In this document: piece by piece, positions 1 through 9,463 of the stretch
Layout: every line of letters starts with the position of its first letter
Position numbering within the stretch: the first letter of the stretch is position 1
Origin: an uncultured Methanomassiliicoccales archaeon
GTDB taxonomy: Archaea > Thermoplasmatota > Thermoplasmata > Methanomassiliicoccales > UBA472
Assembly: GCA_963695345.1 (NCBI GenBank)
Contig: OY968769.1
Span: forward strand, 1,856,001 to 1,920,000
Direction of reading: 5' to 3'
DNA length: 64,000 bases
Notes under the pieces: generated by a model
What the model was told of the DNA's origin: nothing
What the model saw: the letters and a program-made list of their open reading frames with translations, nothing else
The model's database searches: none
Made by a program: the position numbers and the translations under genes

Positions 1-2
1 AC

Positions 3-143
3 CTGGTCTATTCAGCCGGAAGGGGAGATGTGAAGACCGTCCTATGCGACGGGAAGATTGTTATGCAGGACCGCGTGGTCCAGACCATGGATGAGGCAAT
101 GGTCCTGGATGATTCAGAGGAAGCGATCCGGGCGCTGCTCTAG
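3..143 (+). CDS. Amidohydrolase family (MTA/SAH deaminase-like), C-terminal fragment running off the window start
   Basis: Manual translation LVYSAGRGDVKTVLCDGKIVMQDR...ALL*, the typical C-terminus of Atz/Trz/MtaD amidohydrolases. Confidence 0.75.
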   Translation: MVYSAGRGDVKTVLCDGKIVMQDRVVQTMDEAMVLDDSEEAIRALL

Positions 144-195
144 ACCATCACCAGCTCGGAAAAAAGGAATATTCAGAGAGTTTATTACGGGCGGT

Positions 196-404
196 TCATT
201 TGAACTGCCAAATGATGATCGCCAACAGTGTCATCATGAAAACGGCAATGGCTAGAACGGCAATGATCCAATCATTCGCTGGCTCCGCCGCAGACGGAAC
301 GGTGACGATAAGCTCTTTCGCCATGTCATCTTTCTCCAGATTATTGGTCGCCGCGACCTTGTGGAGGTAACTACTGCCGGAAGCGGTTCCAGTTGTCTGG
401 ATAT
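196..404 (-). pseudogene. Remnant of an FN3-type surface protein C-terminus with TM anchor (or a 42-aa membrane peptide from ATG ~324)
   Basis: Manual translation GSSYLHKVAATNNLEKDDMAKELIVTVP...WIIAVLAIAVFMMTLLAIIIWQFK*; preceded by an in-frame stop. Confidence 0.4.
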
Positions 405-532
405 GCTAGGTCAGAAACCATCACTATTCATAATGCGATCTGCATAAAATGGCATTCTTTTTTTAGATTATTTGCATCAATGATATTTGGAAAACATCGT
501 TTGGCAAAATCATAGATAGTAGAAGATGAAGT

Positions 533-646
533 TGGTCCCGACTCCCAGATTTGAACTGGGGACCTGCTGATATCGGCGGCTAAGGAACCGGCAAGCCGGT
601 ATACCCACTACAGTCAGCCGCTCAAGCCAGACTAAGCTAAGTCGGG
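533..646 (-). tRNA. tRNA-Tyr(GUA) with 36-nt intron (572-607) at 37/38; CCA encoded
   Basis: Reverse complement CCCGACT...GCTGA-CT-GTA-G[intron]A-TCAGC...GTTCAAAT...AGTCGGG-A-CCA folds as a cloverleaf. Confidence 0.93.
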
Positions 647-893
647 ATTCAGCAGAGTATTACGGAAATCATATTAAACATTTACCGCCCCCGACTTCAA
701 TCCATATGGGACTGGTAGGGATATTGAGAGGTCGGATAGTTCTCCTATGGAAAGTACTCATGAAGGTCAAATATGATATGGTATCCAGATGCCTGGATAC
801 GACAATTTTTGATTATAATGACCTAAACTATAAATAGACTCAAAACCTTGACATGTCCGACAAAAAAGGTCGAACAGACCTTCGATGTCTTAG

Positions 894-1142
894 GTGAGGG
901 AATTGGAAGATGCAGATCTAGAAAAGGTGACTCTTCGCCTTCCGGCCAGATATATCCGGGCATTGGACTTTCTGGTCGAGGTGGATGATTTTCCTTCAAG
1001 GTCTGAGGCCATAAGGGCTGCCATCAGAGACTTCGTCTATGCCAGGGTCGACCTGGTTTCGGACAAGTTGAAGAAGATGGAAGAGGCAGAAAAGACACTT
1101 GCCGAAATGGAAAGGTTTGAGGAGAAATACCTAAAGAAGTAG
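894..1142 (+). CDS. Ribbon-helix-helix (CopG/Arc/MetJ) regulator, CdrS-like
   Basis: EKVTLRLP...FPSRSEAIRAAIRD resembles haloarchaeal CdrS. Confidence 0.8.
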   Translation: MRELEDADLEKVTLRLPARYIRALDFLVEVDDFPSRSEAIRAAIRDFVYARVDLVSDKLKKMEEAEKTLAEMERFEEKYLKK

Positions 1143-1309
1143 CCTTGTCAGAATGGGATGGGATGCATTCGAAGGGCTGATCACGTTTACCTCCCCTTTT
1201 ATTTTTTTTCTTTGTATCAACTGATATTGGCAGTTCAAAAGACAATATTGGAGATTGGGAAAGCGGATCCGTGAATGGAAAAAGGGTTTTCAGAAAGTTG
1301 ATCGAAGGT

Positions 1310-2068
1310 TCAACCGATATATCCTAGATCTTCCTTCTTTGGCGCGATCGGGGCCTCTATCTCCTTAAGTTTCGAGGTAATGCTCTCAATCTGTTCGGCT
1401 TTCTCCTCGAGCGCCTTGTAATCGACCTCGACCTTTAGAATCCCGGTCAATATTCTGAGGACTGCCTCGGCACCCTTGGGGTCAACGAAATATCCAGAGG
1501 TCTCGCCCATGAGGCACACGGAACGCATACCGTAGATCTTACCCAATCCAAGTAACAGTCCGCTCGCTCCCACGATACCGCTTCCCGGTTCGCCTTTCGA
1601 GAAGACAACTCCCTTATCCCTCATCTCCTCGACGAGCTCCTTATCTGTGGCCGCCCCCAGGACCCTGGGCTTATCCAGCATCTTTCCGACACCGTATCCT
1701 CCCAGGGTATAGACGCGTTTGACGCCCAAACCTTTCACAACCGTGAGTACATGGTCCGAGAGCTCATACTGGCCCTCCGGTGACAATCCTTGGTAGTCTC
1801 CTATCAGGATGATCAGGTCGGGCCTCAGCCCCTCCCCTCTGGAATAGAAAAGTTCGTTGTTAACCAGCCGGATCAGGCCCTCATCATCCACCAGGACCTG
1901 GGGCGGGAAGTATTTGGAATAGATGTCAGCGAACTTCGTGGCCTTGAGCTGTTCCACCAAATGCTCGGCTGCCAGCTTGCCCACGTTTCCGACGCCAGGT
2001 AGGCCTTCTACGAGCACGGGCTCATCCAGTACCGGCATCTCTGTGACAATCATCTTGATGTTATCCAT
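1310..2068 (-). CDS. Proteasome assembly chaperone PAC2 family protein
   Basis: EGLPGVGNVGKLA, YTLGG, CLMGETSGY motifs; conserved position after nop10. Confidence 0.9.
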   Translation of the reverse strand: MDNIKMIVTEMPVLDEPVLVEGLPGVGNVGKLAAEHLVEQLKATKFADIYSKYFPPQVLVDDEGLIRLVNNELFYSRGEGLRPDLIILIGDYQGLSPEGQYELSDHVLTVVKGLGVKRVYTLGGYGVGKMLDKPRVLGAATDKELVEEMRDKGVVFSKGEPGSGIVGASGLLLGLGKIYGMRSVCLMGETSGYFVDPKGAEAVLRILTGILKVEVDYKALEEKAEQIESITSKLKEIEAPIAPKKEDLGYIG

Positions 2069-2069
2069 T

Positions 2070-2234
2070 TCAATCCCTCGATTGTTTGTTCAACATTCTT
2101 CTGTACTTGCCGTACTTGTCCTCCGGCGAGTACCTTGGCGGTATTGGCACGCTGGTGGCTTCACCGCATTTCGGACAAACGTCGTGCAACGTATACTCTT
2201 CACACTTGGGGCATTTTCGCAGCGACGTCTTCAT
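2070..2234 (-). CDS. nop10: H/ACA RNP protein Nop10 (54 aa, absent from ORF track)
   Basis: Manual translation MKTSLRKCPKCEEYTLHDVCPKCGEATSVPIPPRYSPEDKYGKYRR. Confidence 0.93.
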   Translation of the reverse strand: MKTSLRKCPKCEEYTLHDVCPKCGEATSVPIPPRYSPEDKYGKYRRMLNKQSRD

Positions 2235-2304
2235 AGCAAGTCCTCTATGGGCTGAAGCTGAATGTGTGCTCTATCAATAAAATATTGCCTCTCACCGAAG
2301 GACT

Positions 2305-3087
2305 TCACTTGTCCTCACGGTGGAAGCTTCCTTCTCCGCCCGATTCCTTGACCATGGAGATCACGCTTGCCGTGATAACCTTCATCTCTTCCTCGGCTGA
2401 CTTATAGTCAGGAGCGGAGAGCACTATGCGGTATTTCGGGGCACCAATATACTGGATCTTGATCCGATCCTCGCCCTCAGCCATTCCTGCCAGGAGCGCT
2501 TCCCTTATCCGGTCCACACCATCGGCGGCGGGACACTTGAGCTCAAGATAGCCAGAGATCTGCACGTATGGTGGGGTGACGTTCTCCTTGGCTACCTCAG
2601 CGAACACTGTGGTCCAATCGCCCTCGACCTCAGCGTCCTTCAACGCTGTGGAACTGGCGGCGCATGCTTCGAAAGCTGCATACAAAGTGCCGAACTTGTC
2701 CGCCAAATCATATCCGAAGCTCTCGAGAGTGGCATCGACGGTCATTCCTAACCGCTCAGCAACGATCTCCATTAGCTTCTCAGCCTTGTTTTCATTCTTC
2801 CACTGTTGGATCTTTTCACGGCGCTGGTGTTCGTTGACAGATTTCAGGGAAAGGTCGATGTGACCTTTTGATGAATCGACGCCAAGGACCTTTGTGACAA
2901 TCTTCTGTCCTTCCCTGACGTAATCCCTGATATACTTTACCCAGCCCGTGGCTACATCCCTTACGTGGATGAAACCTTCCTTGTTCCCATATTCGTCCAA
3001 TGTGACGAACGCACCAAAGTTCTTTACGTTCTGGACTGTGCAAACAACGAGTTCGCCTTCCTCAGGAAACTCGCTGGCTTTGGGCAT
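2305..3087 (-). CDS. eif2a: Translation initiation factor aIF-2 alpha
   Basis: FPEEGELVVCTV S1 domain, KGHIDLSLK, YIGAPKYRI; true start MPKASEF at 3087. Confidence 0.95.
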   Translation of the reverse strand: MPKASEFPEEGELVVCTVQNVKNFGAFVTLDEYGNKEGFIHVRDVATGWVKYIRDYVREGQKIVTKVLGVDSSKGHIDLSLKSVNEHQRREKIQQWKNENKAEKLMEIVAERLGMTVDATLESFGYDLADKFGTLYAAFEACAASSTALKDAEVEGDWTTVFAEVAKENVTPPYVQISGYLELKCPAADGVDRIREALLAGMAEGEDRIKIQYIGAPKYRIVLSAPDYKSAEEEMKVITASVISMVKESGGEGSFHREDK

Positions 3088-3260
3088 TAATCGACCACCT
3101 CTAACAGCTGTCCCTTCATCTCTCCCACGCCTCCGCGGGGTTTGATCAAGGTCGAGCCGCAGACATGGCAGGTTACGGGCATGGCGGGCTTCTTGAAGGC
3201 CACCTGCTCGTTGCCGCAATCAGCGCATTTTACTTTTACGAAGTTAGTCGTGTGTACCAT
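3087..3260 (-). CDS. rps27e: 30S ribosomal protein S27e
   Basis: FVKVKCADCGNEQVAF...CHVCGSTLIKPRGG. Confidence 0.95.
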   Translation of the reverse strand: MVHTTNFVKVKCADCGNEQVAFKKPAMPVTCHVCGSTLIKPRGGVGEMKGQLLEVVD

Positions 3261-3265
3261 CTGGA

Positions 3266-3544
3266 TCACTCCGTTAGCTCGAATTTCTTGGCCCTGAAGC
3301 AGCGCTTCTGATGAGCCTTTTTGCATTTCTTGCAGCGGTATCTCAACGGGATCCTCTTGGTCGGCTTCTCCCTGCCTTCCGGTTTCGGACGCGGGAAACC
3401 TCCATATCCAGAGGTTGCCCTTCTGAACCTTCGCTGACCCCACTTGAGTTCGCTAGCCTTCTTTTTCTTGACCCTTTCTACCTCATGGTCGGTGTGAACC
3501 TTGCAGAAGGGACAGTAAGTCTTAATTTGCCTGGGCATTTTCAT
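3266..3544 (-). CDS. rpl44e: 50S ribosomal protein L44e
   Basis: [22 protein letters not shown]...[10 protein letters not shown]...YRCKKC. Confidence 0.95.
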   Translation of the reverse strand: MKMPRQIKTYCPFCKVHTDHEVERVKKKKASELKWGQRRFRRATSGYGGFPRPKPEGREKPTKRIPLRYRCKKCKKAHQKRCFRAKKFELTE

Positions 3545-3999
3545 TATATCACCCTTGGAAGCAACAGGCTTAATACTCAATTCCTATATAAACCTATTAC
3601 ACCAGGTCTGGATGCTGGTCCTATACTGGCATGGTCTTTCGACCTAGGCTCAGTAAGTTACTCGCCTTCCTTTTTCGAGCAATGAAGTCACTGGTTTATA
3701 ACTATTGCCATGGTGGTAGTTGGCAGATTACCTGCGTTCGAATCACGGTCAGCCTTCATCCACATGACATGCCTGTGGGTCATAGAATATCGAACTTATA
3801 ATCACCGAAAGTTTATAATATAGAGGTGAATGTCTGGAGGATTCCGCACAAATAACTTCTTGCATGCAATGCAATTCTAAATACTGGATAAATAGCCAGC
3901 AATATAGAAATGTTATTTGAATCAGTGCGTCAAATAGAAAACGATATATATCTATGCGATAATAAATGGTATGTATCGGATATTGGAAAGGTGTAATTA

Positions 4000-4365
4000 A
4001 TGGCTGACAGGGGTTTCAGTAAGAAGGACGAGACACTGGTCGAGCTTCTCATGGGCACTGGCATGCCCAAGAACGTGGCTAAGACACTGGCCTTCCTGCG
4101 AAAGAAGGAAGAGACGACCTCAGTAGATATCGAGATATCCACCGCGCTCAGGCAACCCGAGGTTTCCATCGCGATGCAGGAGCTCAGGAGGAGAAAATGG
4201 GTGATCAAGCGGGACATCAAAAAGGAAGGCAAAGGCCGCCCGGTCCATGCGTATAAGCTTGCGATCCCGTTCGAGAAGATCGTCGAAACTCTTGAGAAGG
4301 AAGAAAGGAAGAGGATCGAGCGAATCGAAAGCAACATCGAGCAGCTAAAGACCATGGCCCACTAG
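4000..4365 (+). CDS. Winged-helix transcriptional regulator (COG4738-like)
   Basis: LRQPEVSIAMQEL...KGRPVHAYKL. Confidence 0.85.
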   Translation: MADRGFSKKDETLVELLMGTGMPKNVAKTLAFLRKKEETTSVDIEISTALRQPEVSIAMQELRRRKWVIKRDIKKEGKGRPVHAYKLAIPFEKIVETLEKEERKRIERIESNIEQLKTMAH

Positions 4366-4377
4366 GCCAGGTCGTTT

Positions 4378-5046
4378 TCATTTCTCCATAACAACGGTCC
4401 GATCGGGATAGGCCACGACCGCTTTCGTTGCCAATCCTAGGAATAGGCCGGTCTCGACCACGCCAGGTATGCTTTTCAGCTTAATCTCGAGGGAAGAAGG
4501 GTCATCGATGCTATCAAAACGGCAGTTGTAGATGAAATTGCCATTGTCGGAGATGAACGGTTTCTCCCCTCCTTTGAGCTCCGGAACGCATCCTAGGGAC
4601 CGGATGTTCCTCGCCGTCATGACATGGCCGAAACGGGTCACCTCGATCGGAAGGGGTGATTTCGTTCCCAATTTCCTCACCAGTTTACCTTCATCCACGA
4701 TTATGATCTCCTGTTTAGAGGCGTAGGCCACCATTTTTTCCCGCAGGAGCGCGCCCCCCATTCCCTTGATCAGGTTCAGGTCGTCGTCTACCTCGTCCGC
4801 TCCATCAATGGTCAGGTCGATCCCCTTTATCTCATCCATGGAGACCAAAGGGATGCCGCACTTCATGGCCTGTTCTTCGGAGGCTATCGAGGTGGGGACC
4901 CCCCGCAGGTCGTAGCCCTTTTTCACCAGCTCTCCGATCGCCTCGATGGCGAAGAAGGTGGTCGACCCGGTACCAAGACCCAGAACCATCCCGTCTTCGA
5001 TGAATTCCACTGCCTTCTGCGCGGCCTTTCTCTTCAATTCGCTCAT
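4378..5046 (-). CDS. rpiA: Ribose-5-phosphate isomerase A
   Basis: GLGTGST, DGADEVD, IKGMGGALLREK. Confidence 0.95.
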   Translation of the reverse strand: MSELKRKAAQKAVEFIEDGMVLGLGTGSTTFFAIEAIGELVKKGYDLRGVPTSIASEEQAMKCGIPLVSMDEIKGIDLTIDGADEVDDDLNLIKGMGGALLREKMVAYASKQEIIIVDEGKLVRKLGTKSPLPIEVTRFGHVMTARNIRSLGCVPELKGGEKPFISDNGNFIYNCRFDSIDDPSSLEIKLKSIPGVVETGLFLGLATKAVVAYPDRTVVMEK

Positions 5047-5048
5047 TC

Positions 5049-5765
5049 TCACACGCCCAGGTCCTTTCGGATGAGCTCGGTCAATGCATCGGTGATGTAG
5101 TCATTGAGGCGTTTCCCGGCCTGTGCCGTTGCCTTGGCTGCGTCTCCCACAAATCCCTGCGGATAGCACCGTTCCGGGTCGCTGAGGACCGTGTATCCCG
5201 ACGAAACGAACTCTCCCTTGGTGCGGTTCTTCGGCACCAGGTCCGGCCTGATCGCCATTATGCGAGATGTTTCCATCATCCCTCCATGGCCATCTCCTCT
5301 ACCGGCCCCTATCTCCTCCTGGACATTCTTGCCGATGTCGTAATCAGCTAGGAAAAGAACTTCCATCTGATACCGGCGAACTACATCCTCGCAGGCGTCC
5401 TTGATCATGGCCATATGGACACTTCCCGAATGGCCGGTGATGATGACTATCTTGCGGATGCCGTTCCGGTGCAAGGACTCCAAGACATCTACTACGATAG
5501 CGCGGAGCGTCGACGATGTTATCCCGATCGTCCCCGGGAGGTTCCTCGTCGAGGAATGCTGTCCGTACTTTATCGCCGGAGCCACCAGGCCGTTGACCCT
5601 CTGGGCGACGGCATCCGCGATGGCCTCGGGCTGGAACGAGTCGGTTCCCAGCGGTAGATGGGGGCCATGCGCCTCCGTAGCACCCATGGGCAGGATGACC
5701 ACCGGATCTCTCTCGACCGCTTCGGCGAACTCGTTGCTGGTCATCTCGTCTATGCGCATGCTCAC
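5049..5765 (-). CDS. Creatininase family amidohydrolase
   Basis: GATEAHGPHLPLGTD, GHSG, HGGMMETS. Confidence 0.9.
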   Translation of the reverse strand: MSMRIDEMTSNEFAEAVERDPVVILPMGATEAHGPHLPLGTDSFQPEAIADAVAQRVNGLVAPAIKYGQHSSTRNLPGTIGITSSTLRAIVVDVLESLHRNGIRKIVIITGHSGSVHMAMIKDACEDVVRRYQMEVLFLADYDIGKNVQEEIGAGRGDGHGGMMETSRIMAIRPDLVPKNRTKGEFVSSGYTVLSDPERCYPQGFVGDAAKATAQAGKRLNDYITDALTELIRKDLGV

Positions 5766-5914
5766 ACCTTCTTATCGGACTTGAGCAGTCTTGTACCGCA
5801 CACTGGACAATTCCCCTTGGATAGGGAATCCTTGTTGAACTGTTCAACGAGCTGCTTGTTGACCTCTTCCAGACGCTCGTCCTTGATGGTCTTGTTGCAT
5901 TTCGGGCAGTACAT
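5762..5914 (-). CDS. Small CPxC/CPxCG zinc-finger protein (50 aa, absent from ORF track)
   Basis: MYCPKCNKTIKDERLEEVNKQLVEQFNKDSLSKGNCPVCGTRLLKSDKKV*; stop overlaps the creatininase start. Confidence 0.75.
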   Translation of the reverse strand: MYCPKCNKTIKDERLEEVNKQLVEQFNKDSLSKGNCPVCGTRLLKSDKKV

Positions 5915-5995
5915 CGGCGTGGCTATCGCTTTTCCTGATATTTTTATGCTCTCCCGAGGGGCAAGATTGAAATCTCCTTCATGGGATGGCAGGGC

Positions 5996-6667
5996 ATGCG
6001 TTTGGCCTGCCTATATTCCGGAGGGAAGGATTCCACCTACTCCGCCTACCTGGTGGAACAGCAGGGGCATCGGGTATGCACCCTGGTGAACATCGTTCCC
6101 AGTGACCCGTATTCCTGGATCTTCCATACTCTGAACCTTGATGCGGTACCCTTAATGGCCCAGGCAATGGGCAAAAGACTGGTCTCGGTGCCCTCGGACG
6201 GGACGGAGGAAGGGGACCTGGCGGCGCTTCGGAAAGGACTTGAGGGGTTGAACGTCGAAGGTGTCGTGGTGGGGGCGATCGCCTCCGACTACCAGTGGGA
6301 CCGGATCAACGGTGTGTGCGAATCCCTCGGCCTGCGGCTGTTCGCACCCATGTGGCGCAAGGACCAGCTGACCCTGCTCAGGGACATGGTCGATGCGGGT
6401 GTGAAGGCCATCATAGTCGGCGTCTTCGCAGAGGGCCTGGACCAGCAATGGCTGGGCCGGACCATCGATCACGGCTGCATCGATGACCTCATCAAGGTGG
6501 CCAAGAAACACGGCATCAACGTCTCCGGCGAGGGCGGCGAATATGAGACGATGGCCCTGGATTCGCCCATGCATGCCCAACCGATAAGGATCGAAAACAC
6601 CGAGAAAGTGGTGGAGCGGGATACCGCCAGGTTGCTGGTCAAGAAGTGTTCTCTCGATTTCGTGTGA
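5996..6667 (+). CDS. Diphthine--ammonia ligase (Dph6, PP-loop ATPase)
   Basis: LYSGGKDS, GAIASDYQ, GEGGEYET. Confidence 0.9.
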   Translation: MRLACLYSGGKDSTYSAYLVEQQGHRVCTLVNIVPSDPYSWIFHTLNLDAVPLMAQAMGKRLVSVPSDGTEEGDLAALRKGLEGLNVEGVVVGAIASDYQWDRINGVCESLGLRLFAPMWRKDQLTLLRDMVDAGVKAIIVGVFAEGLDQQWLGRTIDHGCIDDLIKVAKKHGINVSGEGGEYETMALDSPMHAQPIRIENTEKVVERDTARLLVKKCSLDFV

Positions 6668-6876
6668 ACCCGATGGCATCTGAGCTCGACCCGCAGGCTG
6701 GTCGGAGTCCGGTCCGGTAACCGTTTTTTCACGAACCCGTCCTGGTATGGGGCGGGAAATCACGCCCGTGAGGTCATTTTCTCCGTTCTCCCCCTGGCAG
6801 GGCTGACCGCGGGTGAACTTCCGATGGAATATCGCTCAGGGCGAGAACACAAAAACTTCGCCATTGGCGGAATCGC

Positions 6877-7770
6877 CTACGGCCTATGTTCTCGTCCGAG
6901 AGTTTCGATGATGATCATTTCATTCAAGGGAATGGCATAGTAGTCGATGGTGAACAGCTTCTCGAAACCGGATTTCAGATATAGGGAGAGCGCCACATCA
7001 TTGTCCGTCTGGACGTCAAGTGATATCCTGTCCCTTCCCTCCGCCCTCAAGGTACTTACCGCGTTCTGCAATATTGCCTTGCCGAAACCCTTGCCCCTTG
7101 ACCAGGGCAACACGCAGAATCCAGTAAGTTCAGCCTCTGACCCATTCTCGAGAGCGTCTATCTTACCGATCGGCCTTCCCCCCGCCATGGCCAGAAATCT
7201 CTTCTGATCGGGCTTTGAGTAGAACCGGTCATGGCATTCCAGCTCGATCTCCCGGAGCATGGCGTCATCGTTTCCCACCTCCTTCAGGTCGATGGGTTGC
7301 GCCACTACCAGAGGGTCCCCGTTCGACAGCATTCGATGCTCGGAGAATGCCAATTCTCCCCCCGCCTTTTTTATCAGATCGACCCCCGGGTTGAACCTTC
7401 GGTCATTCATGACGAGGATCCGGAAGTGTCCCCTGCCCTTGCATTCCGCCTTAACGGCATCCAGTAGCAGTGAGGTGATGGTCTCCCAGTCTTCATCTGG
7501 ATCAGCGAAGATCGAGACCTCCGCCTCCTCCTTTTCAAAGGAATAGAAGAAGGAGAAACCAAGGTAGCGTGCCTCCCGCACGAATGCCAAGGCACCGACC
7601 CCAGGCTTGTCCAGCGACCTGAGGAAATCACCGGAGAGAAGGATACCGACATCCATCCTCATCTCGCATTTTTCTTTCAAGGCCAGGATGTGGGAGATGT
7701 CATTTTCCGAAACTGAGGTAATGGGCTCAATTCTTCCGTTGTCGGCCATTCCTCCCCCAGTCACGCTCAC
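6877..7770 (-). CDS. GNAT family N-acetyltransferase (tandem domains)
   Basis: CVLPWSRGKGFGK, NDVALSLYLKSGF. Confidence 0.85.
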   Translation of the reverse strand: MSVTGGGMADNGRIEPITSVSENDISHILALKEKCEMRMDVGILLSGDFLRSLDKPGVGALAFVREARYLGFSFFYSFEKEEAEVSIFADPDEDWETITSLLLDAVKAECKGRGHFRILVMNDRRFNPGVDLIKKAGGELAFSEHRMLSNGDPLVVAQPIDLKEVGNDDAMLREIELECHDRFYSKPDQKRFLAMAGGRPIGKIDALENGSEAELTGFCVLPWSRGKGFGKAILQNAVSTLRAEGRDRISLDVQTDNDVALSLYLKSGFEKLFTIDYYAIPLNEMIIIETLGREHRP

Positions 7771-7849
7771 GCCAATCCAATCCGTTGCTTACGATTTAAT
7801 ACTTGCATCTAGGCCAACCTTTATGCGACCCACGGACATCTAGAAAAAA

Positions 7850-9322
7850 GTGGACCAGAAGGCAGCGGACATGGGCTCAGTGGATGTTTGCTTCATCGAG
7901 GAAAGGTTGACCGACCTGGTAGGTGACGCACTTGGCGGGAAAGGTTCATTCTCGCTCGTCTCCGGAGGATCCGCCGACGGGAGGCATGCGATCATCACCC
8001 ACTTACGGGATGAGGCTGAAGCGATGGGCTGCTTGACCGTGGTTCATAATTGCGCATGCCCTGGTCATGGGGCAGCATGTTTGATCGATGCGCTGTCCGC
8101 CCAATGGACCGCGATAGGCGGGAAGGCCGGGTCCATTCTGGCCGATCGAGCAGAATGCGCACGGCAATCCGATCGCTCATACCAGAGGGAGATGGGCGGG
8201 TTGGACCTTCTGCGGTGCATGGCCGCCGAGAACACCATCGTGGTGGTCATCGAGGAGATCGGCTCGGCAGACCTTGAAACGGTGGCCCTGCTCATTTTCC
8301 TTGCCCGGAATGTTGGTGACCTTAATGTAATGATGATCGCCACCCATTCGAGGTTGGAAGAGGACCCGCTCCTGATCAAGATGATGAATGGACTCAGATG
8401 TGACGTCACGGTCCATGAGCACACCATACATCAGAATGAGGAGGATGGGTGTGGTGGGGTGGTATCACATCCAACCTCGGAACTTAGGGAAATCTCCGAC
8501 AGACCCGATCATGTCTCAGATGCGGCGCTGAAGATCAAAGAAAGGATGGAATGTGCCCGGGCGGCATTGGGGACGGGTAACATCATCGATTCCACCAATG
8601 AGGCCCGAACCGCGCTCAGCGATTCCAGGGCCATCGGCCACCACGGTTTCGAACTCGACACCTGCATTCTGCTGGGCGTTTCCCTGACCCAGGCGGGAGA
8701 AGAGAAGGAGGCGTATGAGGTCCTCGACAAAGCGATTTGTCTCGCGAAGATGACGGGTGAGCTAGTATCCCAAAGGGACGCCCATCTTCGGAAGGCGGAA
8801 CTATTGCTTTTCAGCATCGGAGAACCGGATTCGGCTCTCACGGAGGCGGTCATCGCTGAGGAAATCGGATCAAGGACCTCGGACAAGCTCCACAGGATCG
8901 GGTCATTGGTCCTGGAGGCCATGATCGAGGCGGGGAACGGCCGTAAGGATAGGGCGGAGAAGGCCTTCTGTGAAGCTTCTGTTATTCTGGAAGGCCAGCC
9001 AGTCCTCGGTTTCATAAAGGAAAGGATGCTTATGGCCTTGGCCGGGGCGCTGCTTCTTGAATCTAAGCATGACCTTGCCGGGATGAATGCCAGATACGGT
9101 GAGGCTGGAGTGCTGGCCACCGCGACCGAAGCTCCCGATTACTGGTCGGCCACGATTTCAATGCTTCACGGGCGTTCGCTCCTCAGGTTAAGACGGCCTC
9201 GAGAGGCCAAAGGCCACCTGGAAGCTGCAGCCATGAAGTTCGAACTTATGGGTAATGCCGTTCAGAGCGGCCGGGTCAAACGGGCCATCAAGGAATCCGA
9301 GAAAGGACCGGTCCCCGACTGA
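7850..9322 (+). CDS. Degenerate STAND/AAA-like domain plus TPR-like helical repeats
   Basis: LVSGGSADGR (eroded Walker A), VVVIEEIGSAD (Walker B-like), LLIFLARN; helical C-terminal half. Confidence 0.55.
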   Translation: MDQKAADMGSVDVCFIEERLTDLVGDALGGKGSFSLVSGGSADGRHAIITHLRDEAEAMGCLTVVHNCACPGHGAACLIDALSAQWTAIGGKAGSILADRAECARQSDRSYQREMGGLDLLRCMAAENTIVVVIEEIGSADLETVALLIFLARNVGDLNVMMIATHSRLEEDPLLIKMMNGLRCDVTVHEHTIHQNEEDGCGGVVSHPTSELREISDRPDHVSDAALKIKERMECARAALGTGNIIDSTNEARTALSDSRAIGHHGFELDTCILLGVSLTQAGEEKEAYEVLDKAICLAKMTGELVSQRDAHLRKAELLLFSIGEPDSALTEAVIAEEIGSRTSDKLHRIGSLVLEAMIEAGNGRKDRAEKAFCEASVILEGQPVLGFIKERMLMALAGALLLESKHDLAGMNARYGEAGVLATATEAPDYWSATISMLHGRSLLRLRRPREAKGHLEAAAMKFELMGNAVQSGRVKRAIKESEKGPVPD

Positions 9323-9463
9323 ACTCTTCCGATGGTGGGGCTGGCCTCTCACCAGTGCAAAGATGTTTATCGGTGCATTTCCTAGATTGTATGGGCTCCG
9401 AAGAGTATGAAGGAGCGCACCGTCCGATAATGCGCGAGGTCGGGGTCAAGGAGGCGTTCAACA

